64,000 nucleotides of DNA from an uncultured Planctomycetaceae bacterium (lineage in GTDB: Bacteria > Planctomycetota > Planctomycetia > Pirellulales > PALSA-1355). Positions 1 through 12,317 of this stretch are shown piece after piece (the first letter of the stretch is position 1; each line of letters begins with the position of its first letter). The stretch spans positions 32,001 to 96,000 of the forward strand of contig CAWAUV010000006.1 of assembly GCA_963785305.1 (NCBI GenBank), in the 5' to 3' direction. A program made the position numbers and the translations under genes. A model generated the notes under the pieces. The model was given only the letters and a program-made list of their open reading frames with translations. It searched no databases and was not told where the DNA came from.

Positions 1-2
1 GA

Positions 3-989
3 ATGGCGATGCGTGCGCCCAAGGCTCTACTGGGAGCAATCTACTGGTCGGCTTGTGTGTGCCCGCTCCTGGCGGCGGACGCCGATCCGCTCGTCGGTCA
101 GAAGGTGTTTTTCAAAGACAACGCCGTCATCATGCTCGGCGAACGCGTGATCGACGAATCGTGGCTGGCGCTGCCCGCCACGGTGGCCGCCGTGCATGGC
201 GATCGGGTGCAGTTCGACGCGGCTTGGTGCGAGCGAAAGTTCGTGCTGCCGCTCGACGAAGCGATCGCTTACTTCAGCGAGCGGGTGCTCGAAAATCCAA
301 ACAGTCCGGCCGCGTGGGTCAAGCGCGGGCAGGTCTGGCAAGCGAGAAACAAGCTCGATAGCGCGATCGCCGACTACAGCGAAGCCGTGCGGCTCGCGCC
401 ATTGGATGTCGCGGCGCGGCTCGCCCGGGGCTTGGCCTACTGTGATTTAGGCCGATTTGACGAAGCGATCACCGACTTTACGGAAGTGCTTCGTGCTCAT
501 CCTCGGCATCCCTTCGCCCGCATGCGCCTCGCTTTCGCCTATTACAACAACGGTGATTTCGAAAAGTCGCTTGATCAAAACACGGAACTCATGCGGCTGA
601 TGCCCAAAAGCCCGAGCGGCTACAATGGCGTCGCGTGGATTCGGGCGACCGCGCCCGAAATTCAGTTGCGCGATGGCGGCTTGGCGGTGAAATACGCCAC
701 GAAGGCCGCCGAACTCACGGCCTGGAAAGACGGCGGAGTGCTCGACACGCTGGCCGCGGCCGCCGCGGAAAATGGCGATTTCGCAAGCGCCATTAAATGG
801 GAAGACTTGGCGATCGAGCACGTGCCCGACGAGGACGCGAATGCCATCTATCGCCGGCGGCTCGATCTCTATAAAGCCGGCCAACCCTATCGCGAAGATC
901 CGCGAGCGGCCCGAGCAACTTCCGAGGCGCCGCCGAAAGGCAACGAACCGGGGGCCGGCAAGGCCGACGACAAGGTTGGCGGCGAGTGA
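3..989 (+). CDS. Secreted tetratricopeptide repeat (TPR) protein
   Basis: Signal-peptide-like N-terminus, TPR units (AWVKRGQVW...AIADYSEAVRLAP, ARGLAYCDLGRFDEAITDFTEVLR) and the 'YNGVAWIRAT..RDG..A..A..A' tail common in planctomycete TPR proteins. Confidence 0.85.
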   Translation: MAMRAPKALLGAIYWSACVCPLLAADADPLVGQKVFFKDNAVIMLGERVIDESWLALPATVAAVHGDRVQFDAAWCERKFVLPLDEAIAYFSERVLENPNSPAAWVKRGQVWQARNKLDSAIADYSEAVRLAPLDVAARLARGLAYCDLGRFDEAITDFTEVLRAHPRHPFARMRLAFAYYNNGDFEKSLDQNTELMRLMPKSPSGYNGVAWIRATAPEIQLRDGGLAVKYATKAAELTAWKDGGVLDTLAAAAAENGDFASAIKWEDLAIEHVPDEDANAIYRRRLDLYKAGQPYREDPRAARATSEAPPKGNEPGAGKADDKVGGE

Positions 990-1048
990 TGTCGCGGTGA
1001 CCACGTCGAAGGCGGCGGCGCTGCTCGCGATCTCGGCCCAAAGCGCCA

Positions 1049-1132
1049 TGGAGCCGATCCGACAACCCCCCCCTCTCCCTTTGGGAGAGGATAGGGCGAG
1101 GGCTCGCCGAAGTTGTCGGATAGACCGTTGAA
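1049..1132 (-). repeat. ~84-bp REP/MITE-like element, family A (CCCTCTCCC..GGGAGAGG core)
   Basis: Reverse-complement match to copies at 22296 and 54038; lies between convergent genes. Confidence 0.8.
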
Positions 1133-1136
1133 AGGT

Positions 1137-3301
1137 TCAGCTCGCCGCGGCTTCAGCGTGTCGCTCTTGCCGCTGTTCGGCCCGGCTCGTGTCGAGCGAC
1201 AAGGTCATGCTCACGCTCCAGCGGCCATCGGCGTCGGGCTCCACGAGCCAATGCGGTTCGACCACCACGCTTTGATGCACCAGTTCGAATCCACCTTCCG
1301 ATTGGCTCACGGTTTCGATCGGATAGGTCCAAATACCGCTCGGCCGCGAGATCGTCAGACCGCAATCGATGCCGAGCCATTCGTCGACCAAGCCTAGCTC
1401 GCGCACCTCCGACAGGTCGAGCCGAGCGCCAAGCTGACCGAGCCGCTGTCCATCGGCGCCGTGGAAATAGCGATCGTCGGCGCCCGAGGGCAGGCCCGCG
1501 AAATTGAATTCCACGGCGAAGCGTAGCGGTCGGTCGGCGCAGCCCTTCGAGCAAATAAGTGATTTCGAGCGTCGGGCTATTTTCCTCGAGTGTCACCGCC
1601 TTGGTCATGCGCACCGGCTCGCCGCCAGCCACGCCTTGGGCCGAGAGCTGGGCTTGGATGCGGTCGGGATTGCGACGCAAGCGGGCTTCATAAGGTCGAT
1701 TCAAGAAGTCGCCCCGCTCGGCCGCGTCGCCATGCGACACCGCCGCGAGGCCCACGCCCGGATCATAAAAGTGATCGAGCAGACTCTTTCGCGGCCAGCC
1801 ATCGTATTGCAAATGCTGATCGAGCCCCGGCTGCTTGAAGATCACCCGATCGGCCACTCCGGCCACATCGCTCCGGCCGTTGGCGCCGCCGATGATCGAG
1901 CGATGATACGCCTCGGGCCGGCGAGTCATGGTGGCCAGCAAATTGTGGCAGATCGAACGGACATCGAGCTCATACATCTGTCCGCCGCGGCTGGGCGCGA
2001 TCAGGGTCAGAAGTCGATTGTTCGCGAGCTGGATTTCTTGGCGTCCGTCGAAATTGAAATCATCGGCCGTGGCCTCGACAAACGGTCCGCCTCGGCCCGA
2101 GGCCCGGTCGAGCAGATTGTCGGCGGCGATGAGTTGTTGATACACGGCGTTGCGCAGATGCGGCAGATAGGTTCCACCAAACGCGCCGTGCCAGTAGCTG
2201 CAATTGCACTGCCCGCGATAGAGACAACTGCGGGCATGATCCATCAGCTCGCCGGTAACGCCCGACTCGGTGAGCTTTTGCAAGCGCCGGCTGACCTGCA
2301 TCATGCGGGCATACATTTCATTGGTCTCGGGATACTTCACCTTGAAGTTCCTCCAGAAGCCGCCGCGCACGAAGCGGGCCAGCTTCGGCCAACGCGCGTC
2401 ATGCTCGAATTCGCGGCGCACATGCGCGAACTCGCACATTTGATCGGCCGGAAGCACCCATTCGGTCATCTCACGATAGCTGCCCTCGGGCAGATAGACC
2501 TTGCCCAGGGGCGGCGTCGACTCGAGCGCTTCGGTCGGCGTGACACATTGGATCCAACCGCGATTCTCGACCAATAAATCGAAAAACCGCGTGAGCCAAC
2601 CTTCTTCGTAGACACTGCGCTTGGTCTCGGGCCATGCGCCGAACTTTTCGCCGTCGTCGCCGAACACGGCGATCGCGTTGGTGTGTTTATGCGCGAGCTC
2701 CGCCAAATGCTCGATCACTTGATGCGCACCGCCAAACGGCATCAGATATCGCAAGGGCTCGCTGTCGGGAAACACGGCCAGCAGATTGCCTTCATCCTCG
2801 GTGAGATAGTAGCCGTGAAGCTGCTCGGCCGAGAGGCCCGCGTTTTTGAAATGCGAATCATCGAGCATCGTGTAGCGGATGCCGGCCGCCACCAAGTCGC
2901 TCGTGAAATTTTGCTCCCACACCCGCTCGGGCACCCACATGCCGCGCACCTTGCGCGCCGAGCCGGTTTTCGAGCCAGCGAGAGAAGGCGCGAATCTGGC
3001 CGACGCGATCGCGCGAGGGAATCATGGCCAGGATCGGCTCATAGAAAGCGCCGCCCACGATCTCGATGCGCCCGGCGGCCACGAGCGACGCGAGCCGGTC
3101 GAGATATTCGCCATGGCGAACATCGAGCCATTCCATCAAGGGGCCGCTGGTGTGCAGGCCCATCTTGAGCGTCGGGTAGCGCTCGAAAACATCGAGAAAT
3201 GGTTTGTAGGCGTCTTGATAGGCTTGCTCGAACACATGGTCGAAGTTGCCGACCGGTTGATGATCGTGCAACACCATGACGAAGCGAATCGTGTTTTGCA
3301 T
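1137..3301 (-). CDS. Glycoside hydrolase family 57 (alpha-amylase/4-alpha-glucanotransferase), frameshifted near 2945 and 1530
   Basis: HDHQPVGNF, GGAFYEPIL, GMWVPERVWE, GDDGEKFG and QCNCSYWHG GH57 motifs spread over three frames. Confidence 0.9.
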
Positions 3302-3483
3302 AGTGGCGAAGCGCGGCTCGCGACAACCGCGGTCTTGGAGAGAGTGTGGTCGTTCAGATGATGGATCGATACAAAGTTGCGTTACGACGGCGTGTTTTCA
3401 GGGTGTTCGTGGGTTATTCGCGGGCACGGGCTTTCGTGCGTCGCACGGACCTGCTCGCGGCGCGAGATGGCGATTGCGCCTTT

Positions 3484-4549
3484 CTATCGATCCGCTTGGC
3501 GCTCGGGGGCCCATTCCGCCTGATCGTCAATCTTTTCCTCGCTTGCCAGAGGCGCCTCGACGCCACGCAAAAACTCGGCGGCTTCTTCGGGCGGAACCGG
3601 ATTGATAAAGAATCCGGCCCCCCACTCAAACCCCGCCGTTCGCGCCAGGCGCGGAATAATCTCCATATGCCAGTGATAGTGCTCCAACGCGGGAGTGTCA
3701 AAGGGCGCCGTGTGGATTATGTAGTTATACGCGGGTCGATCGAGCGCCGTTTCGATTTTCGTCATCACTCGGTGCAGTATCTGGGCCAATTCCTCGATTG
3801 GCGCGGCCTCGATGCGCTCATAATGACTGTTATGCGGTTTGGGTAAAATCCACGTCTCGAAGGGCGACCGCGAAGCAAACGGACAAAACGCCACGCAGCC
3901 CGGCGTGTCGAGCACGATTCGGCGACCATCGCTGATCTCCTGCTCGATCATGTCGCAAAAGACGCAGCGCCCGCGATAGCGAAAATACGCTAGCGACCCC
4001 TCGAGCTCCTCGCGAACCGTGATCGGCACGATCGGCGTGACGATCAACTGGCTGTGCGCGTGTTCCAGCGAGGCGCCGGCGCCAGCGCCCACATTCTTGA
4101 AGATCATGCCATGCGCGAGCCGCGAGTCGCGCTTAAGATCGACGAGCCGATCGCGATACACCGCCAACACCTGGGCGATCCTCGCCGGCGAGAGGTCGGC
4201 CGTGGTGATGCGATGGTCGGGCGATTCGATAATGACCTCATGGGCGCCCACGCCGCGCATGCAGTCGTAGAGCCCCTCGCCGCGTTTCTGGAGCGGCCCC
4301 TCGATCTCAAGGGCCGGAAACTTGTTCGGCACCACGCGCACATCCCAGCCGGGCGAATCCGGGGGTCCGCCGGTGGGGCGATAGGCGAGAATCTCGCCGG
4401 GCGTATGCTCTTCGGCGCCGGCGCAAAAAGGGACAAAAAGTGCTCCGGCGCACCGGCGAATCGGCGCCAAACTCATGAGGCCGCTTCGCGCGCCCCTTGG
4501 CGACGATCACCCACCGGCCCACGATCGGATCTTTACGCAAATCTGGCAT
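3484..4549 (-). CDS. galT: Galactose-1-phosphate uridylyltransferase, frameshift near 4440
   Basis: [17 protein letters not shown] start, [22 protein letters not shown]-like motif, [11 protein letters not shown]. Confidence 0.9.
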
Positions 4550-4786
4550 TCAGCCTCACAGCCCCCCCATGGGCAAACGCGCCGCGCCGCGGCCATGCAT
4601 TTTCTCGAAGGCTCACCTCGCGATGACTCGCGATCGAATATGACCCCCGCGCCGCGGGAACGACCCACAAGGCTCCGCCCCGCGAGGCTCTAGCCACTTG
4701 GCCATTCGTATTTTCACCTCGATATCGCGCGATCATTTTGGCAGCCCCCACGCGCCGCGGCAAGTCAGGCTGCCTCGGCCAGCGCC

Positions 4787-7048
4787 CTATACCAACCCCC
4801 ACCGCTTGCGCAGGGTCCATTCGACGCAGAGAAACGTCACGAAGATCAGGAAAAATGGCCATGTGTCCCAGGGGCTTTGCTTTTCCAGGGTTTGCGTGTC
4901 CAGGTCGAGCGGTTGGCGCCGGATGCGCTCGATGAGCGTGGGCAGTTCCTCGGGCGCGAGCGATTGGCCGCCCGCCGCGGCCGTGGCACGCGCGAGACTG
5001 GCGAGCAGCGACGGATCGCCGGCGGCGTTGTCGAGCTCCAAGTCTTGCTCATGGATCAAGAAGCGGGCCCGAGTCGTGCCCTGGATCGCTTCGCCCGCGG
5101 CCGTGAGCTCGATCGTGTAGTCGCCGGCTGCTTGGGTGTCGGAAAACATTCCCGAAAGCTGCTGGCCCGTGCGCACCAGGGGCACCGGGCGGCGCGAGCC
5201 ATCGGGGCGAATCACGACGGCTTCGAATTTACCGTCGAGCGTGGGTTCGCCTTGCGGATTGCGGGCCCCGGCCGTGAATTCGACCCGCGCGTTGGGCGGA
5301 AAACGCCGCTGGGGCAATTTGAGCCACAGGTTGTTTTGAGTTTCGTCTTTGTGGGCCAACCAGAGAATCGCCTGACGCCAGAATCGCTTGTGCTCGGCCG
5401 CGTGACCTTGCATCCACCAGTGCCACGTCGAGTCGCCGGCAAAGGCCATCACCCGGCCGCCGGCCTCTTGCGTGACCAAGAGCGGCTTGCCATCGGGAGT
5501 GTCGGCCAGAATCTGGGCCAGGGGCTTCACGCCGATCCAGCGGTTCGCGCCATCGAGCGGAGGCAACTTCTTCCAGGCCGCTTCGTTCTCGCCCGGCGGC
5601 GCGAGCGACATCACAAAATGCCTCGCTCCTAGCGGACGCGCCGGCTGCATCACCAACGGGCCCGGCCACTGCAAGTCGCTGCGGGCGCTCACCGGATCGT
5701 CGGGCCTCAGGCGCTCGAGCGGATTCATGCGCACTGGCGATATCGCGGCGAGCGGAGTTTCGGCATAGCCGCCGGCGCCATAGGTGCGAAAGCCGCCCAA
5801 CGTGAGCAGGCCCGCGCCCGAGCGCACCACGGCGGCCAACCGCTCGAGTTCTTCATTGCTGAAGGCCGACGAATCGATGTCGCCGAGAATATAAACATCA
5901 TATTTTCCGGGCTGAAACTGCTCGGCTAGATTCGCCGGATGCGTGCTCCGGTCGTGCGCGTCGATGCGAATCGAATCCACGCGAATATCCGACGACGCAT
6001 CGAGCGAGCGCCGCAGGAACTTCTGCTCGACCCGAAGATCGCCTTCGATATCGAGCACGCTTATGCCGCCGGAAAGCACGGTGACGAACGTGCTGAGATG
6101 ATTGTTGGTGGTGACAAGTTCGCCGGGCCGCGGCGGGGTTTCGAGCGTGAGCTTGTATTCTCCGGGCGTTTGCGGCACATAGCTCAATTGAATCGGCAGC
6201 GACTCGCCGTCGCTTTGCGATTGCAACTCCTCGGCGGCCACGTCTTCCATCTTGCCATCGGCCGCCTCGAATGCGAGCCGCACCGGAATCTTTTCATTGG
6301 CATAGCCATCGATCCGGACCACGCCTTCGACCGTGAGATCGTTTTTCACATACACGGTTTGATTCACGATCAGGTCCTTGATCGCCACATCGCGCGCTTG
6401 CCCCGCGCCGCGACCTTGCCCGATGGCGATCGCATGGAGCGGGCAGCCCAGGGCGGTCATGCGGCGCACTGCGGTTTGCGGCGGCGTGTCGCGCGGGGCA
6501 TAGGCCCGCTGGGCGCCATCGCTGAGCAGGATGAGTCCCACGAGCCGCTGGCCGGCTTCGCGGCGGAGCACGTCTTCGAGCGCGGCGCCGATGGCGGTTT
6601 GTTCGCCGCGCGGCTCGGCGTCGAGCGCGAACTTGCCGTCTTTGTATTCGAGCGGCTTCACATCGGCGTCAAACGCATAACCTTTTACATGAATGTCGTC
6701 GCCCAATTCGGCGAGCACGGTCGCCGACTCGCCGAGGGCGCGCTGCAATGTTTGCCAGCGCGATCGGCCGCCCACGGTGTCGGTGACTTGCATACTGCGT
6801 GAATCGTCGACCAGCACCAGCAGCGTGGCCGGTTGTTTTTTGGTGACCGTGGCCATCAGGGTCGGCCGCATCATGGCCAGCAGCAAAAGCAGAATCACCG
6901 CGACACGGAGCCCAAACAGCACCCAGCGCCGCCCCAAGCCGAGCCGCTCCTTGGGCACTCCCAGGAACACGAGCAGCGCCAACAGCGCGACGGCCACGCC
7001 GCCCGAAAGCCAATAGCCGCCCACTGGGTTGAGATACCACTCGGTCAT
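4787..7048 (-). CDS. Membrane-anchored vWA + glutamine amidotransferase-like domain protein
   Basis: N-terminal TMs, MIDAS-like DDSRSM and LSDG, Ig-like segment, GATase-like domain, C-terminal TM ending EWTLRKRWGL. Confidence 0.8.
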   Translation of the reverse strand: MTEWYLNPVGGYWLSGGVAVALLALLVFLGVPKERLGLGRRWVLFGLRVAVILLLLLAMMRPTLMATVTKKQPATLLVLVDDSRSMQVTDTVGGRSRWQTLQRALGESATVLAELGDDIHVKGYAFDADVKPLEYKDGKFALDAEPRGEQTAIGAALEDVLRREAGQRLVGLILLSDGAQRAYAPRDTPPQTAVRRMTALGCPLHAIAIGQGRGAGQARDVAIKDLIVNQTVYVKNDLTVEGVVRIDGYANEKIPVRLAFEAADGKMEDVAAEELQSQSDGESLPIQLSYVPQTPGEYKLTLETPPRPGELVTTNNHLSTFVTVLSGGISVLDIEGDLRVEQKFLRRSLDASSDIRVDSIRIDAHDRSTHPANLAEQFQPGKYDVYILGDIDSSAFSNEELERLAAVVRSGAGLLTLGGFRTYGAGGYAETPLAAISPVRMNPLERLRPDDPVSARSDLQWPGPLVMQPARPLGARHFVMSLAPPGENEAAWKKLPPLDGANRWIGVKPLAQILADTPDGKPLLVTQEAGGRVMAFAGDSTWHWWMQGHAAEHKRFWRQAILWLAHKDETQNNLWLKLPQRRFPPNARVEFTAGARNPQGEPTLDGKFEAVVIRPDGSRRPVPLVRTGQQLSGMFSDTQAAGDYTIELTAAGEAIQGTTRARFLIHEQDLELDNAAGDPSLLASLARATAAAGGQSLAPEELPTLIERIRRQPLDLDTQTLEKQSPWDTWPFFLIFVTFLCVEWTLRKRWGLV

Positions 7049-9310
7049 CGTTGATTCTTTTTCGAGACGAACGGCGTGCTTGTCGAGCCCGAAGGCTCAC
7101 ACTCCGGCCGCTTGGCGTTTCGTGGATTCGATCGCGGCGCTCGACCGTGCGCTCGGCGGTCTTGGTCGATTCGACCCGGTAATCATTGCGGTAGAACCGA
7201 TTGGCCAGGGCCAACTCGCCGCCCAGCACCATGGCCACCAGCACGATCAGAAAGGGATACAACTCTTGTCCGACCCGAGCCGTGTTCATGCTGCGATCGA
7301 TTTCATCGCGATTGCGCCAGTCGAAACGGCGTCTCGCCGAATACCGCTTTAATCTCGGCCTCGCTGGCTCGCACCAGCGATGTGCTGGCCGCGGGCAGAT
7401 TGACGCTGAATCCCAGATCGACGCCGGCGTCGCCGCCCGCTTTGGCGCGATAGGAGCCGGGCTCGTCGGTGGCGGTGTAGACGAGTGCCCGACGCCGCTC
7501 GTCGATCGCTTGGCGAACCGTCTCGCCCGACGGCGTGGTGAGCAGGCAGACCGCCGTTTTGGCGTTGGTGGGAAGCGGCGCCACGGCGGTTTCGCCGACG
7601 AAGTAATTAAGCTGTGTCGAACTACCACCGACCAGATAACGCAGCATTTCGTTGGCGAGCATTACAAACGGCCAGGGCTCGTCGCCCGTCGGCAGCGTGT
7701 TCCACAAATCGCGCCGCGAGGCCGGGTCCGAAACCGGGGTGGTGAGCATGAGGACACGTCCCTCGCCCACGGGACGCTCGACCAGCGCCGGCAGTGTGTT
7801 GGAATAGGGAATAATCACGGCGGCGTCGGGCGCGAGCGGCCCCAGTTGCCAATGCCGAAAAACCGGAAATCCATCCCACGGCACATTCGTCCGCAACGGA
7901 CGAAATTTCGCCAACAGCGGATGCTCGAGACTCTCGGGCGACAGATAAATATCGCGGTCGCCGGCGTTCCACAATCGCAAGAGCGGCCCGGGCAAGAGCT
8001 CGAGCGCCGCGGGATTATTGAATGCGGTGTTGCCGGCATTGCGGCCCAGAAAGATCGCCGCGCCGCCGCCGCCGGAGACATAGGCCGCGAGTCGTTGCCA
8101 AACGGCGGCCGGCAGCGGAGTGGGGTCGACCAGACACACGGCCGCGTAGCCCTCGAGTCGGCCGCGTGGCCAGTTCATCGAGCGGCACGGTCTCGCACTC
8201 GAAGGCCGCTTCGTTTTGCACTCGCAGCCGATAGGGCGCGAGCGCCTCGGAGAGAAAGAGCGTGTAGTCGCTTGCCTTGGGCGGCGCCGCCAGCAGCACG
8301 CGCCAGGGCGGCTTGACTTCGACCGTGAAATAACGGGTATTATCCGCCGCGAGTCCATCTTCGCCCGCGATCTTGAGCAGCCCCTGATGCACGCCGGGCT
8401 CGAGCCCGCCCAAGCGGAATTCGAGCGCGGTCGATTCGCCGTCGGCGAGCGACACGGTTTGTTGGCTTCGCGGAGTGAAGGCTTTGCCATCGCCGAGCAA
8501 CAGTTCCACGTTTCGCTCGCCGCCCGCGCCTAAAGCGCTGAAGTCGGTGGCGACGCGCAGCGGGCTATTTTTGGAGAGCACTTGAGCGTCGATGCGCAAA
8601 TCGCCCAGCGAAAAATCCCGCGGATCGGTCGAGCCGACATCGATCACATAAAACGCCACGCCCTCGAACTGCTTCATATCCCGCTGGGCTTGGGCCATCG
8701 CCGGGCCGGTCCAGGAGACTTGCGTGGCGTCGGTGAAAAGATAGACCTCCTTGCGCGGTTTGTCGCTGGTTTGCGTGAGTCGGGCAGCGCTCGCGAGGCT
8801 TTCGCCCAGCGGATGCGAGTCGGCCCTCACGGCCAGCTTTTTCACGCGATCACGAGCCGCGCCCACATTCACGGCAAACACCGCCATGTCGGCGCCGGTC
8901 TCGACCACGGCCACGTCGCTCTCGACCGGTAGTTGTTCGAGCAGCCAGAGACCGGTGTCGCGGGCCAAGTCCAAGCGAGTTTGATTGTGTTGGCGATAGG
9001 CCATTCGCGGCGCGGTGTCGAACACCAGCGCCACCGCCACCGGCGCTTCGCGACTGCCCAACACGCCCGACGCCATGATGGTCGGCCGGGCCAGCGCCAG
9101 CGCGAGCCCCGCCACCGCCGCGCAGCGCAACAGCAGCAGCAACCACTGGCGAAACTTTAGTCGCCGGCGGTTCGAGTCCTTGCGAGCTTGAATGAATCGC
9201 AAGGCGGGAAATTCGATCCTTCGCGGCTGCTGGCGCATGATCAAATGCAGAATGATCGGCGCGGCGATCAGACCGGCTCCGGCCAGCAGCGATAGATGCA
9301 AGAAACCCAT
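7045..9310 (-). CDS. BatA-domain / vWA-like membrane protein, frameshifted near 8165 and 7315; 3' end approximate
   Basis: N-terminal PIILHLI..FPALRF..LLLLLR..LARP BatA signature; C-terminal TM (ELYPFLIVLVAM..ELALANRFY). Confidence 0.8.
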
Positions 9311-9319
9311 GCGAACCCA

Positions 9320-10216
9320 TCAACCTCGCGATTGCCGGCTGACGAGATATTCCATCAGCGCTTTATCGAACTGCATGCTCGTGTCGAGGCCCACATAGTC
9401 GACGCCGCACTTCGAGCACTCGCGGCGATAGCGATCACAGAAGGCGTTCACTTCGCGGAGATAATCGCCGCGGTAGCTGCTGGCGTCGATCGCGAGACGC
9501 GTGTTCGACTCGGGCTCCTCGAATTCAATCATACCGTCGAACGGGAACCGAGCCTCGGCTTCGTCGAGAATATGGAACAAAATCACGTCGTGCCCCCCGT
9601 GCCGCAGCCGGCGGAGCGCCGCCAGCACGGCGTCGACATCGGCGAACAGATCGGTAAACAGCATCACCAGCGACTTGTGCCGCAGCATCGCCGCGAGCTG
9701 GGTCAGGCTGCGGGCAATATCGGTCGAGCCCGTGGGCCGCAAGTTGGCCAGGAGCGAGAGCACGTTGCCGACCTGGGTGCGCTTGGACCGCGGCGGGAGG
9801 CTTTGCCGAATTCGCTCGTCGAACGTGATGAGCCCGACCGGGTCTTGCTGATGCACCATCAAGTAGCAGAGCGCGGCGGCCAGACTCACGCCATATTCGA
9901 ACTTGGTGAGCTCCTGGCGATAGGTGTAGCCCATCGAACGGCTGAGGTCCATGACCAGATAGCCGGTGATGTTGGTCTCGGACTCGAATTTCTTGATGTA
10001 GTACTTATCGGTCTTGGCGTAGACGAGCCAGTCGATGTCTTGCGGATCGTCGCCCTGGGTGTATTTGCGATGTTCGGAGAACTCGACGGAAAAGCCATGA
10101 AACGGGCTGGCGTGCAGGCCCTGCAAAAAGCCCTTGACGATGAACTGGGCCCGCAGATCAAGCCGCGAAATCTGGCGAACGACCTGCGGCTTGAGGTATT
10201 TTTCAACTGTGGACAT
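9320..10216 (-). CDS. DUF58 domain protein (MoxR-associated vWA-like)
   Basis: GLHASPFHGFSVEFSEHRKYTQGDD..IDW, DLSRSM. Confidence 0.92.
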   Translation of the reverse strand: MSTVEKYLKPQVVRQISRLDLRAQFIVKGFLQGLHASPFHGFSVEFSEHRKYTQGDDPQDIDWLVYAKTDKYYIKKFESETNITGYLVMDLSRSMGYTYRQELTKFEYGVSLAAALCYLMVHQQDPVGLITFDERIRQSLPPRSKRTQVGNVLSLLANLRPTGSTDIARSLTQLAAMLRHKSLVMLFTDLFADVDAVLAALRRLRHGGHDVILFHILDEAEARFPFDGMIEFEEPESNTRLAIDASSYRGDYLREVNAFCDRYRRECSKCGVDYVGLDTSMQFDKALMEYLVSRQSRG

Positions 10217-10249
10217 GGGCTTATCTTTGGGGTCGATCCGGAATCATCG

Positions 10250-11048
10250 CTATTGGCGGGGAGACATCGGAGTCGGCAGCGAGAATAGTTTTTCCAGGAA
10301 ACGAAATACATTTTGAATTTCGGGCAAATTCAATGCCGCGGAGCCAAGCCACTGGTTGTCGAGAATAGAAACTTGGATCGCTTTGCCGGGACGAAGCACG
10401 CTCGCGATGGAAGCGACGAGCCGCCTTGTCGCGTCCGGCGCTCTTGCGAAAGTCACGACCGTCTTCAGGCGAGAGATTCCAATCTTCTACCGATCCAATG
10501 AAAGTCCTCGCGTCGGCGAGGGCCGCCTGATATTCGGCCTCGGCGCAAAGGATGAGAAGTCTTTCGAGCGTGCCTCCGCTTGAATTATCGGGCATTACGA
10601 AAACACCGGTGACGGGGGCATTTCCGGTGATCTCGCCGGGCACGGCGGCGAATTCGATTTTTTTCTTGCGAAACGTTTCGGCCATTGTTTTAGCCCGCGT
10701 CGCGGGTGAATGCGTAACATCGGCGTCTAGGATCGCCCCGATCGCGAACAGGCTATTAGGGCTCAACGAGGCGTAGGACTCTTCAACGGTCGCGGCGATT
10801 GCTTTTTCGCCACCCGCCACGTGGATTGCGATCTGAACGTCGCACGTGTCGCTCGCCATGAAGCTCGGAACCGGAACACGGCGCAGCAAGTCGCCGTCGT
10901 GAGGAAAATTCCTGGGCACAAGCGGATGCCAATAGCTGTCTAGAAGCCGCACTTCTCGTACGATGCCAAAACCGCGATGTTCGAGCAGCTTCTGAAAAAA
11001 CGCCGCGTCTTGAATGCCCTCGACGACCAGATAGCCATACTTCGGCAT
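10250..11048 (-). CDS. DUF3226-like TOPRIM-fold protein (putative nuclease partner of ABC ATPase), frameshift near 10425
   Basis: LVVEGIQD (TOPRIM glutamate), ILDAD (DxD), GTLERLL; starts 3 nt after the ATPase stop. Confidence 0.7.
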
Positions 11049-11050
11049 GG

Positions 11051-12224
11051 TTACCTCACGTCCAGACCGCGTTCATAACGCAAGCGATGCAGCAGATCGC
11101 CATCGATACGCCTGGCAAGCGATTTTTCGGGGGTGGAATCGAGATGATAGCCGACCAATTGGTTGAGGTCGGTTCCCTCGCAAGCCGTGAGCAGGGCATC
11201 GACGGCGTCGAGGCTGTGGGTGGTGGCGAAGAGCTGAATGTTGTATTGCGCAAGCTTTCGCGAGCCAGGAAAAGACCTTAGGCAGCGCCGAGACATGAAT
11301 CGAGGACTCGATTTCGTCGATCAGCAGATTGCCATTTTCGGCCGCGAGTGTGCCCAATCCGAACGAGAGCGCTCTACGGAGACCGTCGCCGAACGTCGTG
11401 AGCGGAAGCGCGCCCCCAGCGCTGCGCGTAACAAAAGCGATCGGACTTCTCCCGTCGGGCGAGAGGAACTCGAAGCCGCGAATTTCGTCGTCGAATCCCC
11501 GCATCAACTCCACCAGGGACTCTTGCCGGCGGTTTTGAAGCACTTGGCTCAAGAGACTGATCTGCTCGCGTTCGACGCGATGAGCTACCGCGGAGATCGT
11601 GTGAACGGGCAATGCAGAATCCGTCCCTGCGTCGGAGATTGCCGTCGGCGAGTCTTCCGTAAAAGTAAAAACCTCTAAATTCGGCTGCTGCTCCGCGCCG
11701 TCAATATGCGACTCAAGTTCGAGCTTGAAGCCCTTGCGAGTCTGATCCGCGTCGTCGCTCGGCACGTTAGAATTCATGCGCGGGACGCGGAATATTTCGT
11801 ATGTGACCTCCATGCACCTCGCGCTCGCGTGGCGTCGAATAGACCTGCTCTGGCCTGACACGCACGATTCGCCTTCAAAATGCGCCGGCGGTGAACGGCG
11901 CTCTCCGACGATGGTTTTTACACGATCCTTGCCGCTGGGAATAACGTATACATTTTCCGCCGTCAGAAAACGATCTCTGGGGAACATCCAGAACATTCCC
12001 TCGCGGATAGTTTCCCATGTCGACGTGATTTCCCGCCGTCGCACCGCATTGATCCATTCCTGCGGATCCAGCGGCCGGCTGAAGGTGGCGATGGCCTCCA
12101 GCACGCTCGTCTTGCCGGAATTATTCGGGCCGACGAACAGATTCACCCCGCCCAGGTCGTTGAGCTCCAGATTGCGCAAGCCGCGAAACGCGACGATGTT
12201 CAGGTTTTCGATATTGCGTTGCAT
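11051..12224 (-). CDS. ABC-type AAA_15/AAA_21 ATPase (OLD/AriA-like), frameshift near 11245
   Basis: FRGL, Walker A GPNNSGKT, signature-like FGDG, Walker B LLIDEIESSIH, H-loop FATTHS in the second frame. Confidence 0.85.
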
Positions 12225-12268
12225 GTCTTTCGGTCCTAACCCCGATCGTCTTCGCTCCGCGAAAACCG

Positions 12269-12315
12269 GCTAAACCGCCCGTCCGCTAAATCGCCCGTCC
12301 GCTCAACCGCTCGCC
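12269..12315. repeat. Three degenerate 16-bp tandem repeats
   Basis: gctaaaccgcccgtcc / gctaaatcgcccgtcc / gctcaaccgctcgcc. Confidence 0.75.
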
Positions 12316-12317
12316 GC

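Noticed and set aside
1280..1300. tRNA-like GTTCGAATCC motif
   Set aside because: It lies inside the GH57 coding sequence and has no cloverleaf context.
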